From Bigelowiella natans CCMP2755 (taxonomy: Eukaryota > Protista > Cercozoa), in NCBI GenBank assembly GCA_000320545.1, contig ADNK01000981.1, forward strand, positions 93,960-157,959: a stretch of 64,000 nt of DNA. The letters are read 5' to 3'. A program made the translations under genes and the position numbers. Positions within the stretch are counted from its first letter, which is position 1; each line of letters starts with the position of its first letter. Positions 29,601 through 41,514 of this stretch are shown here, in pieces. The notes beneath the pieces were generated by a model, which saw nothing but the letters and a program-made list of their open reading frames with translations, was not told the DNA's origin and did not search any database.

Positions 29601-29636
<36 letters not shown>

Positions 29637-29803
29637 CATCATGTGGTTGGCATGGAGAACAACGATAAATTGGAATAATAATGTAAACATTCCTCTCATT
29701 CTTCTGTTTGTCCCACAACCACAAACCACAACCACCCGCACCAGCACTTTGTCTCTATTATCGGTGTTGAAGTATATAAGATATTATATATACCATATTG
29801 TAT

Positions 29804-29842
<39 letters not shown>

Positions 29843-30434
29843 TACATATATACACATTATCGTGTTTTCTGATGATGGTGACGACAATTAATGCTACTAC
29901 TTACTATGCATAGCAGCATTCTTCTTCTTCATCATCATCATCATCATCATCATGGGTCCGAGAGGCACAAGAAGGTCTTATCTTGGGGCAGCATCTTCAA
30001 AAAGCAGAAATGCAGGCCTTTGAGGCTCGAGCAACAGGAGATTATGAACGTGCTCTAAGGTGGGCTGAGGCAGCGCTTTCTGTCGCGGAAACAGGCTGCT
30101 TTCTCCGCGAAATCAAGGCTGAAAGTCTGTTGATGATGGGAAAATGGCCCGAGCTTGTGGCGTTTTTGGAAGAAACAGCCCGTGTTTTTGCGTTTAGCCC
30201 CAAGAATGGCCAGCGATTCACACAGCACCCTATTATCGGTGAAGAAGAGAGGAGAAGTCGATGTAGCAATAATAGCGCCTCCTCATCACCATCATCTTCT
30301 TCTTCTTCTTCACACAATATGCGGCTACCTGCAAGTGCTAGTAGCATTGCACAACGGCTGATGTCTATCTCTTCATCCTTAGCCCTCTGTTTTGCACGGT
30401 ATGATGATCATGATGATCATGATGTTGCCTCCCA

Positions 30435-30490
<56 letters not shown>

Positions 30491-30657
30491 AAACACTTAG
30501 TAGAATTAGCAACAACCCCTCTGTCTGTCTGTATATCTGTCCTTTTGTACGCTTGTGCTATTATTTTGAGGGGAGGAATAGTAGTAGTAGTAGTAGTAGT
30601 AGTAGTAGCGACATTGAGTCGTCTGCAACTGATCATTCATTCGTTGTCATCATTCTC

Positions 30658-30698
<41 letters not shown>

Positions 30699-30887
30699 GT
30701 GGTTGTTGTTATCATTACTACAACATGCATCGTTCTTCGTTATCGTTGTTTGTGTGTGTTGTTTGTTGTTATTATTACAACATGCATCTCGTTGGTTCTT
30801 CACTATCGTCATTCGTCTCGTCCTCGTTTGTTGGTTCTTAGAGCTTTGTGGGCAACACCTGGAAGAACTACTGACTCAAGTAGTAGA

Positions 30888-30921
<34 letters not shown>

Positions 30922-31633
30922 TATTGTACGGCGTAGTAGTTCGTTGTACCACAACAAATAAGTGATATGAATGAAGAAGACGAAGAAGAAGAAGAAGAAG
31001 AAGAAGAAGAAGAAACACGAGGTGGTGGTAGTTATTATTATCGACTCTACGGCTACTATTACTAATACTACTACTAATACTACTACGAATACTATTACTC
31101 CTCAGAGGCTGCTATTCGAGGAGCGCTTCTTCACCTTAAATCTCCTTCTCCCACGGTGAGTTATACAAACAAACCGGAGCAGCTGCTGATGTTTCTAGCA
31201 GACGATAAAAGGAAGAACAGCAGCAGGAGGCATCAAGTGGCAAGGAGGAGAAAGTCCCCTCAATTTGCTATTCTTTCCACCATGTTGGAAGTGGGAGGAG
31301 GGGCTGAAGAAGGAAATTCGACGAGGACGCGCTATAAGAAGGATAAAGTCTCAGAAACAGCAGCAGCAGCAGCAGAAGAAGAAGAAGAAGAAGAAGAAGA
31401 AGAAAGCAAGCTCGTTATCAGCGATCAGATGATAAAGAAAAGACTGTGTGAGCTGATGTCGTTGGTTGATATTGTGCAGGTTGTGAATGAATGCTAATAT
31501 GATGATGCAGAGAGTGTGATATAGTAGGAGGGAGAAAAGAAGGAGGAAGAGGAGAAGGAGGACTCAACATTTTAAATAACTTTAAAACCGTCATTTCTAG
31601 TGCTTTATTAGGAATGTCGAATATGTGTATGTG

Positions 31634-31666
<33 letters not shown>

Positions 31667-31850
31667 CTAGTACAGAAGAAGAATAATTAGTTATATGCTC
31701 CTCTTAGAAACTAAAGACAAAAGGAGATGCAGCATTCAGGGACGGAAAATTTCATGCAGCACACGGAGTAAGCAATAATAAAATATGATAATTCGCATAC
31801 AAACGTAGTAGTAGTAGCCCAATTATAAATATGAGGAGTATTGTGCATCG

Positions 31851-31902
<52 letters not shown>

Positions 31903-32529
31903 TGTGTAAGTGTATTCTTTGATACAACCTGTTGTGTTTGTGTGGCCATCAATCAGTTCTATAGTAAAGCACTAGATCGCATTCTAAATGTGAAAAACCG
32001 TCACATGCGGGCTGTTTTGCTATGCAATCGTGCTGCATCGTGCATGTCTTTCCACGGATATGAAGAGGCAATAGAAGACTGTAGTACCGCTGTAAGTGAT
32101 CATAAAATGTCACCATTAGAATAGTAGTGATATGAGATATCATGATGGATGATGATAATGATGATAATAATGACATCGTCGTCATGGAAAAGAGCTACCA
32201 AATAATCATATATTACTACTACTTTTAGTTTATTAATTAATTAATGCACTCTTCAGTTAAACATTGCACCATACTACAACAAAGCACTCCTACGTCGAGC
32301 CAGAAGGTAGTAGTAGTAGAAGAAGAAGAAGAAGTAGTAGAGTAGTTAGTATGTGTCTTTTTCTTCTTCTTTTAATGTTTAATAAATTCGTTCGTCGTTT
32401 CTATGTGTGCTTTGTCAAAAAGCTTTGTGATGCTAGGCAAGTACCAAGCAGCTCTCTCTGATTTCCACTCGTAAGTGTAGTAGTATTAGTAGGAGGAGAT
32501 TACGAGTGGTATACATATCCTACAGTACA

Positions 32530-32562
<33 letters not shown>

Positions 32563-32816
32563 CATGCATAGCTATGTGGTGTGTGTGTGGGGGGGGGGGG
32601 TATAGAGTTGTTGTCGTACGTCACGGGTAACCTTGTAATGATGCCATAAACTCAATATTTATATCTTCACATCTATTTAGTTACTTGAAAGAAATCAAAG
32701 AGAATGAGAAGGATGAGTCCAATCCTGCTGCTGCTGCTGCTGCTACAAATGCAGTCCATGTGCAACGAGAAATCCAGCAAGTTTACAAGAAAATGCAGGT
32801 AATAAGTACAACTAAT

Positions 32817-32859
<43 letters not shown>

Positions 32860-33141
32860 AGGGATCAACCAAGCATTTATCGGTCTATCTTCCATAATTA
32901 GCATTTCAGGATCATCTTCTATGTAGTACTATCGAAACAAAAAGTGACGACATTTGTATTGTATTATCTAGAAGTTTTCTTTTTGTCAAATCTATCCTTT
33001 GCATTTTCAGTTTTAAAATTTTAAAACATAATATAAGAATTGACACTCATGCATCGTATGTAAAAGCGGGAAAAAATGGCCAAAATGCGCGAATCTCGGT
33101 CTAGATCATCTCGGTACTACATTTGATTTCAATTATTTCGT

Positions 33142-33179
<38 letters not shown>

Positions 33180-34092
33180 ACATGATATTGTAACATAGAT
33201 CTGAAATAAGTAATAAGCATGGACACCTGATTGACAGTGTTGTTGTTGTTGTTGCTGCTGCTGCTGCGAAAACAGCAGCACATATCGTCAGTGTCAGAAA
33301 ACTGCTCTTTTTGTTATTTATGTATAGCGAATGTGATATAATATCAAAGTACAATGTCGTCACACCTACATTCAGGTGGTCCTACAAGCAACATCAGTCG
33401 TCCCCCCCCCCCCCCCCCTTTCTGGGGTAGTGCGGATGGTGCTAAAATGAATAGTAACTTTCCTTTGCACGGCAATGAAGATGACGGTGCTATTGGAGAT
33501 CACGATTATTACATGATTCTTGGTGTCAAGAGCGATGCTCCTATTCAAGAAATAACAAAAGCGTAAGGCCCCTATGTATCTATCTATCATTTGCTGCCAT
33601 TACTTTTATCGTTATATTTTATTTTGCCTATAAGAGTGATAATAATAACGATATTAAATGATAATAATAATACTGCAGGTATCGTAAAATAGCAGTGAAA
33701 ATCCATCCTGATAAGCATCCAGAGGTTGCGTCAGAGTAGTCAGTGAAAGGGGAGAGGAGTTGGGATATGATATAAACAGTGCGTTGTAGAGAGAGAGAGA
33801 GAGAGAGAGAGACGATAGTAAACAACATTCTTATGTCCAAATTGCGACACTTGCTTATAGGACAAAGCAAATTTTGCCAGGCGATTCAGGAGAGTAAAGG
33901 TGGTGTAAGAGAGAGAGAACCAACGACTTTTTCAAATTTTGTTAATGTAATAGCTATGCATCTCGTAAATCTCCTCATCCTTGTTTTTGTCTTGGTTTAA
34001 TATGATGACAGAATGCCTATGACACGTTAATTGATCCCACCAAACGATATGAATACGACATGGAGTACCGATTCCGGAATGTTCGAATGTGA
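25463..34092 (+). CDS. TPR-repeat DnaJ co-chaperone (DNAJC7-like) with N-terminal EH-like region (multi-exon)
   Basis: TPR helices (IYTNRAATAMMMK-SYMEAISDCKKAIALQP; LLCNRAASCMSFHGYEEAIEDCSTA) and a C-terminal J domain [34 protein letters not shown]...FRRVK-NAYDTLIDPTKRYEYD with intact HPD, stop at 34090-34092. The start at 25463 is inferred from splice-frame continuity. Confidence 0.8.
28780..28895. repeat. ~57-bp intronic tandem duplication starting at a splice donor
   Basis: cggttgttataa.tatg.aatagaggaacaataa.aatgataat occurs twice. Confidence 0.8.
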
Positions 34093-34188
34093 ATTAATTA
34101 TCAAATCGATGTGCTGCTACATCTTGGACGACTGGTAGCAATGTGTCTGAATGCTGTGTGAATTCACTCAGCAATTCAGAGTTACTTG

Positions 34189-34189
<1 letters not shown>

Positions 34190-34222
<33 letters not shown>

Positions 34223-35770
34223 GTGCATCATCGCTCCCCTCCGCGCTGCTGCTGATTGCAACACTGATTGATGCGCAGCTCACATTGCTCTGATGACCAG
34301 CTAGCCAGACCCAAAGCTGTCTAGCTGTGCCTGTCTCTCAGTCTCGTCGCGCACAGCTAGACAGGCTAGCAGGCAAACTGTCTTCGTTGCACATTCCGCG
34401 ATGCATAGAGCAGCGTGCCGCACAATGCACATCGTTGGCCACACCTGAATTTTCGGTGTGGTCGCATGCGCACTCCATGCTAGCACTTGCACCTCCATCA
34501 ATGTCGCGTTGCACCATTCTAGCATTGTGCATGCATGTGCACTTGCAGACACGCACCTTCTAGCCTTGCTAACTTGCTTGTGCTCATGCACAACCGTGCC
34601 TCTGGACCTGCTAGCCTGGCTTCTCTAGCTTCTGGGCTGTGCCAGCGTGTGTGGAATCCAGACACAGTGGATGATGCCTGTGTGTCTGACAGAATGTGCT
34701 GATCATTGTCAGCACTGATCAGTGTGCGCTAGTGCGGGTGACGTGCAGCAGCACTGTTGTTGACAGCATGACACAGCACAACAGCCCGGCGAAATCACAC
34801 TTGACCACACTAGCACACGCAGGCATCGCGGTGAATCCGCTGGCTAGCTGGCTAGCTGGGTCTGTATTGCAATTTGACACGAGGCATGCTGGTGCATGAG
34901 AACATGCGGTCACTCTGGCACTTTGTCTTGTGTTTTCCCGAACTGCAATTTCTGCTGAGTGAACGAAACATTGGAACATCGATGACAATTTGACGATCAA
35001 CACGATGCAAAGACAACAACCTGCTGCGTTGCTGACGCACAACACGCGCCTCAAGCAACGCAACACACGTACAGCACTTCAAGTGAGAACGGCGAAGCGA
35101 GGATTTGAAAGGCTGGCAGAAAACAGCGACAGCTAGACACAGGTTGGCCAACCAATGGCCAGCTGCCGAAGGTGCGCGTGAAGAGACTCTCACAAGAGGC
35201 ACGCAGAGAAAGATGATGAAGAAGAATGGAACGCGGTTGGAAGTTCTGATCAAGAAAAAAAGAAAGAAAGAAAGAAAGCCAGAAAGCAAAGAAACTTGGT
35301 GCGATCGACCACACCTGGACATTGCACTCTGGCACTTCCAATGAATGAAAGAAAGAAAGAGGGAAACTTGATGATGCACCACACTTCCAAAACGTCACAA
35401 GACACTTGCAAAGTGCGAACAATGAACAATGAACAATGAACAATGAACAATGAACAATGATGATGAACATTGAACATTGAACATTGAACAAAGCATTGAT
35501 GAACCACACTTCCAAAGTGTTGCAAGACACTCATTGCAGTGTGCGAAACGCAGCGAAACTCAGTGCCTCGAGTCAATGTGAACAATGAGAACAATGATGA
35601 AAAACTGCATTTCCAAAGTGTGACAAACTGCAGACACAATGCGTGTGATGTGCATTGCTAGATGCCACAAGACACTTGCAATGTTCAGGTGTGCGAAGTG
35701 CAGTGCCTCGAACTGGCTTCAGTGAGGACTGACCAGCAAACTAGCGGGGTTCATGCAAATTGGCACGAAC
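34190..35770. other. Strongly TpA-depleted intergenic zone
   Basis: Manual count: about 20 TA in ~1.6 kb, 16 of them in CTAG, and none in ~35137-35657. CpG is abundant. Confidence 0.9.
35417..35490. repeat. Heptamer minisatellite (AATGAAC)n/(ATTGAAC)n within a degenerate ~125-165 bp repeat
   Basis: aatgaac x5-6 followed by tgaacat x3. The flanking cacacttccaaa...caagacact...gtgcgaa...cagtgcctcg blocks recur at ~35373, ~35500 and ~35662. Confidence 0.85.
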
Positions 35771-36229
35771 CACTAAACATTGAACGCATCTATACATCAC
35801 AACTAGCAGCCAAATGACGACGATGCAAAGCATCCATCCTGAGCAGCAACACGGAGATCAAAGTTGGGGACAACCGAGGGGGCGAGTTTTGCGATATTTC
35901 ACTGCGACATGTGACAAGGAGCGAATCACGATGAAAATACATGGGATTTTGATGCTACGTCATTTGTTCTCATGGGTGACATTCTTTGGTGAATCTAGGT
36001 AAATTCCCTGCGATTCGGTCGATTTTGATGGTTAGTACCCGATTTTGGAACATCAGAACGCTCACTCTAGGAAGGGGGGAGGGGGATGATGATGATGTCC
36101 AAACTAATGACACCCTCTACGACTAAGAAGAGTACGGGACCGTGCTTCCCATTACAGCAGAAATCTTGAGGACGAATACGTATTGTTGTTGTCTACTACC
36201 ACGTGCATTTCCCAGCGGTTGGTTGTGTA

Positions 36230-38101
36230 ATGAAGTTCAATAAAAAGCTGCGAGAACACGTAAAGCAATCTCAGGCTGACGAGAGCTGGTACGTAGACTA
36301 CGCGACGCTGAAAGCAGCATGTAAGCAATGTTCTGAGGATGATTTTCGACAATTGTATATCCGAGAGGCGATGAAGTTTGTTGGATATCTTCGAAAGGGA
36401 CAGAAACTTGATCCCCTCTTTCTAGAGATCAATCTTACAGCCCTAGAGAAAGCGTGTAAGAAATTCGACAAATTCAACGGGTTGGAGAGGGTTCAAAGAA
36501 GTGAAATAGGGATTGATCTCAATGCATGTCCACAGAGATTCCAAGTTCGTTTACAACGTCACTTGGATTGCATGGGATATAGAGTAGAAACGGAAATCCA
36601 AACGATAAAGGAGCGCATCGAAATGATGTTTAACGATTTAAAAAGTACAGATGATGAACTATACATGAACGAAATCAGCATCAAGAGAGGACTTCAAAAG
36701 CTTGGTTTTCCATCCACTCCAGAAATAGCGGAGGAGTTGTTGCGGTCTGCAGACTACGATAGAGACGGGAAGGTGTCCTTCCGCGACTTCAAAGAGTATG
36801 TCTTAGCACGTGAGAGGAGAATACGCGAGTTATTCATGCACCTAGACAAGTCAAAAGATGGAAGTTTATCCATCTCTGACCTCAGGATAGCCTTAAAGAT
36901 GTCGGGAATTCATGCTGGGGAAGAGGAAGTGGCAGAGTTTATCCTTCGAACACACCAGAGGTTGGGATACGAGTACTCTATGCCATTGAATGATCGTATA
37001 GACTACACAACCTTTAGAGAATTATTAGTGCTAAGGCCTAGAATGGAAGGTGATACCGTAGTATCTTTGTTCGAATACTGGCAAAAGGCCGTGGACATAG
37101 ATTTCGCACCTGCAGATGAGTCTCCTTCCCTCTACCAGAAGAGCTTCCTTGAGACTTTCATAGCAGGGGGTGTGGCAGGTGCTGTATCTCGTACGTGCAC
37201 CGCACCTCTAGATCGCCTTAAACTTCTTCTTCAAACAGACACAGAGGGTAAATATAAGGGTATCGTACAGGGGATGAAAACCATTTACGAGGAGGGCAAA
37301 CAGCATCGCCTGAATACTGATCGTCGTGCAATCGGTACAGCTACTGGATGGAGGGGGGTTCTAGGAGGTCTCCTTGCTTTTTTCCGAGGCAATGGAACGA
37401 ATGTTGTTAAGATTGCTCCTGAGACTGCGATCAAATTTTGGGCGTATGAATCAACGAAAACAGTTTTCTGCAGAGAGGCTGAGAGTCCTACTGGTATAGA
37501 ACGATTCTTGTGCGGTGCTGCTGGTGGGATGACATCACAATCGTGCATATACCCTCTCGAAATCGTAAAGACAAGGCTTGCTGTATCCCAGGCAGGCACA
37601 TACAAAGGCATCACTCACTGTCTTTTCAAAATAACAAGAAAGGAGGGTTTTGGTGCACTCTATAAAGGCCTCACTGCTAGCATGTTAGGCATTATTCCAT
37701 ATTCGGGTGTTGATATGGCAGTTTACTTCACACTAAGAGACCGCTATAGAGGCTATACAGACGGACCGATAGGGATGATGACATGCGGGGCGATATCAAG
37801 CACCTGTGGGATGGTGTGTAGCTTTCCCTTACAGCTGATTCGAACAAGGCTGCAGGCCACAGGATTAGACGGTATGGTAAAGTACGATGGCATATGGCAC
37901 TGCTTCACATCAACGGTGCGGAAAGATGGTTTCTTCGGTCTGTACCGAGGATTCGGTCCTAACATGCTCAAGGCACTTCCAGCGATTTCCATTACCTATA
38001 CCGTCTATGAAACGGTGAAGAAGCGATTGGTAGAGTCAAGGACAACACAGCAGCGATTTCATCCCTCTTCTATGAATAACCAAGCTGGCAGCAGTAGATA
38101 G
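36230..38101 (+). CDS. SPX domain + EF-hand Ca2+-binding mitochondrial ATP-Mg/Pi carrier (SLC25A23/24/25, APC/SCaMC-like), intronless
   Basis: Single ORF. SPX hallmarks MKFNKKL, YVDYATLK and NLTALEKACKKFDK. EF-hands DYDRDGKVSFRDF and DKSKDGSLSISDL. Three carrier signatures PLDRLK, PLEIVKTR and PLQLIRTR, plus the APC-type FFRGNGTNVVKIAPETAIKFWAYE. Confidence 0.92.
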   Translation: MKFNKKLREHVKQSQADESWYVDYATLKAACKQCSEDDFRQLYIREAMKFVGYLRKGQKLDPLFLEINLTALEKACKKFDKFNGLERVQRSEIGIDLNACPQRFQVRLQRHLDCMGYRVETEIQTIKERIEMMFNDLKSTDDELYMNEISIKRGLQKLGFPSTPEIAEELLRSADYDRDGKVSFRDFKEYVLARERRIRELFMHLDKSKDGSLSISDLRIALKMSGIHAGEEEVAEFILRTHQRLGYEYSMPLNDRIDYTTFRELLVLRPRMEGDTVVSLFEYWQKAVDIDFAPADESPSLYQKSFLETFIAGGVAGAVSRTCTAPLDRLKLLLQTDTEGKYKGIVQGMKTIYEEGKQHRLNTDRRAIGTATGWRGVLGGLLAFFRGNGTNVVKIAPETAIKFWAYESTKTVFCREAESPTGIERFLCGAAGGMTSQSCIYPLEIVKTRLAVSQAGTYKGITHCLFKITRKEGFGALYKGLTASMLGIIPYSGVDMAVYFTLRDRYRGYTDGPIGMMTCGAISSTCGMVCSFPLQLIRTRLQATGLDGMVKYDGIWHCFTSTVRKDGFFGLYRGFGPNMLKALPAISITYTVYETVKKRLVESRTTQQRFHPSSMNNQAGSSR

Positions 38102-38199
38102 AAGTGGCGATTGATTTGATGTAATTAATATTCGTCGTGATTTTCAGAAAAGGAGAGGTGATTGTCGCGAGAACACATCTTTATTTGATTTTTCTGTTG

Positions 38200-39380
38200 A
38201 ATGATAATGCTAGCAACTAAAATGAGCGCAGTAGCAGCAGTACTGTGCACATAATAGACTCGCTAGCTCGCGTCTTGTATGTGCCGAATAGTTACTGTGC
38301 GATCGAACACTGCATGCAACACAACTGCGAGTCGTCGCGCTGTACGTACTAGTGCAGCCTAGCAGCGCTGGAGCGTAGCCTTCATCACCAGCAACGAGAC
38401 CTCTGTGCCGTGGCAGCTGCCAGCATGTCTAAATGTGTATAGCTAGCATGTCATGTCACATACGTTCAAGCCGCACTAGCGCAGCATGATAGCATTGCAA
38501 AGCTACATTAGGATGACAAGCAAGAAAAACTAACATTCACAGTTCTGGAGTTCACGCTGCTGCACTATTTTTATGGTCTAGATTTGTGCGAGCTAGCGAG
38601 ATCGACTGTACGTTGCAATGAAATGGTCATATTTTTTCAATAGTCATCCCACGTACATGTAGCCATATTTTTAAGCGAAGCTATATGTGTATGCACACTT
38701 CATCGCAGAAACTAAGCTACGTAATTTGAGCCACCACAACTAGCTAGCTACACATACTTCTCAAACTCTCTGTTCAGCATTACCATCATGTACGTACATG
38801 GACACGTCGTTGCATTTGTATATTTGCGACGCTGGGAACGTGGGTAGTTTCCTCCGTGCATTTGACAGGGCAATGCAACACTACGTGTAGCGATGCACGC
38901 TGCGACATGCATGAGTGTCATTCTCAAAGATGTAGATCATTTGTTCAAATCCAGAAATATCTCCAATGACACTAGAATGTGCTTCAACAACAAAATGGAC
39001 CAAGTGAACAGCACAGCTATCTAGCCACAGTCAACACGCTACCGGTGACATGCATCGCTAATTGGCATCGATTATACATGAGCGTAGTTGCACTCATTTG
39101 CGATAGGAACAACTATACATGCATGTGTCGTGCACATGCATGCATATCTAGCTAGCTAGGAATGGCTAACATAGCTGTATATTGAGAAATGTTAAGAGAT
39201 TTATGCACAAAGGGCTACATACATTTTACACACGCATCGGCTGCATGTAATGATATCTTTAGTAAATCCTAGCATGGTACGACTATGCATATGAATACTT
39301 CATACATATAAGTAAATAATCAAATTAGGCGCTGCACAGGCCTCTTAAGCGTGCATATCTAGATGTGTACATAAATTATT
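38200..39380. other. Partially TpA-depleted, CTAG-rich convergent intergenic zone
   Basis: Recurrent gctagc/ctagctag, tgca and catg. Depletion is weaker than at 34-35 kb. Confidence 0.5.
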
Positions 39381-39464
39381 TCAAATAATGTTAAATTCTT
39401 CGATATGTAATAACAAGCAGCTACAGTAACATGCAATCACAAACTATTTGAAGACATCGTGTGC

Positions 39465-39497
<33 letters not shown>

Positions 39498-39528
39498 TAC
39501 TACTACTTCTACGAAGATGTTGAATTAT

Positions 39529-40528
39529 TTAAAGATGAGTGTCGCCCATAGGGTTGAAGTGGAGAGGTCCGTGTGGAAAGCCTGAAGCTACCCATCCAGA
39601 GAACCAAACACCTGCAGCAACAAGCAACATTTGTTATTATTATGTATTGTATTCTTGTATTGTATGCATGATGATGATGATGAGGAGGAGGAGGAGAAGG
39701 AAGAAGAGAATGATAAGGATGACGACGAGACACTCTTGATGCAACAACGAGAAGATCATAGTATTTTGGAAACGAAAGCCTTCCCCCCCTCTCTCTAAAG
39801 GGATGGTAATGATCATGGTGAGGATAATATTGATTTGAATTTTGATGAGTGAGAATGTGAAGTGTTATTACAACCTCCAGACATATCATGGGCGTTAACC
39901 AACGTTGCTGACATGACACGACATCACGCGACCAAAATGCAGAAACAACAATTACTCACAGGAAAGAAAATGAAAAAGTACATAATAAGCACTACAATCA
40001 TCGAATTGAAATACTTGTGATTATCATACATTATTATTATATTATATTATTCTTTCCTCATCGTACATAGCCCTCTCCCATTATTACTGTATCGTGATGC
40101 CGACATTAGTTCCCACACCATTTGACCAAAGTTATGATGCAAGGTGCCCTGTATTATGATGATGATGATGATGATGATGATAATGATGATGGTTTCAATA
40201 CACAAAGTGAAAAGATGATGAAAGCAACGATTTCTTGGTGCAATGATGAGTGAGAAAGAGGGAGAGAGAGAGAGGGAGAGAGAGCCAGTGCCAAATATGA
40301 ATTAGTATGATATGATGTATCTCTTCTTCTCTTATCATCATCATCATCATTATCATCACAATTCATCACTCACAACTACATGCATACATACATACAAACA
40401 TACATATAATACATACAAGAAATCCTCCGCAAGAAGTGAGAATATATAGCTGGGCTATCATTGCCATCATTTCGTCATGCCCGCTATCTGAAAAATAGTG
40501 TATGAATGACACGATCAAATTCATCATC

Positions 40529-40562
<34 letters not shown>

Positions 40563-41045
40563 GATACAACTGTGACGGATATCTTCTCTCTTACCACTAC
40601 CATCTCGCTGATACAGCACAACAACGTTTTTAGTTAATCATTTTTCACTAACGAGAGTCATGATTCTTCAGCGTTGAAAATGGATCTCTGTTAGTAGTAG
40701 CAGTAGTAGTAGTAGTAGTAGTAGAAGCAGCATGATAATGATAAATACAATAATCGTTCAGAAGTTAGCATCATCCAAGCACAGTATTTTCAATCAACAA
40801 TAGTAGTAATAATAATTAGTTACTGATTTTTATCCCCTGTTCCAATAGTAGAGAAGAAATGACCAGGGACAGACACAACCTAATTATGTAAAGAAGAAGA
40901 AGAAGAAGAAGAAGAAGAAGGTGTGGGGATGAGGAGGAGGAGGATGATCAAAGAAAAACATGGTCGTCGTCTAAGTCTAAAATGTTTTAAATGATCAATG
41001 ATGCTCCGTGACGGGAACAACGACGAGAATAATGATACATATGTA

Positions 41046-41091
<46 letters not shown>

Positions 41092-41480
41092 CTTTTGGAG
41101 TGCCGAAGTCAATCCCTTTGAACCTTGAGATATCCTCTTCATATATGATAGACAGGAGGAGGAGGAGGAGGAGGAAGTTGAAAAAGTGGTGGTGCACCAC
41201 AGGTAAATAAATCAATAAATAAATAATAATGGGGATATCAATGGTGGTGCACCACAGGTAAATAAATAATAATGATGGGGATATCAATGAATTATCATAA
41301 GAGATGGTGGCGCTTGGTGGCATCATCATCATCATCATCATCATCTTCTTCTTCTTCTTCGAACAACAAGAAGAAGAAGAAGAAGAAGAAGAAGAAGAAC
41401 AAGGGCTACTACTTGCCTACTTACTTCCTACCACAAAGAGGAGTGCGTAAATTAGGATGTGAATCGTCTCTCAAATGTTG

Positions 41481-41514
<34 letters not shown>

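Noticed and set aside
34301-35639. Cluster of overlapping 70-176 aa ORFs on both strands
   Set aside because: They are a by-product of TA loss: TAA/TAG stops and Tyr codons are missing, and the products are Cys/His/Ala-rich with no recognisable motifs.
35373-35713. Repeat-spacer-like pattern suggestive of CRISPR
   Set aside because: The context is eukaryotic, the repeats are degenerate and irregular, and there are no cas genes.
34190-35770. CpG-methylation decay or fungal RIP as the cause of TG/CA richness
   Set aside because: CpG is abundant in the zone, and RIP would increase TpA rather than remove it.
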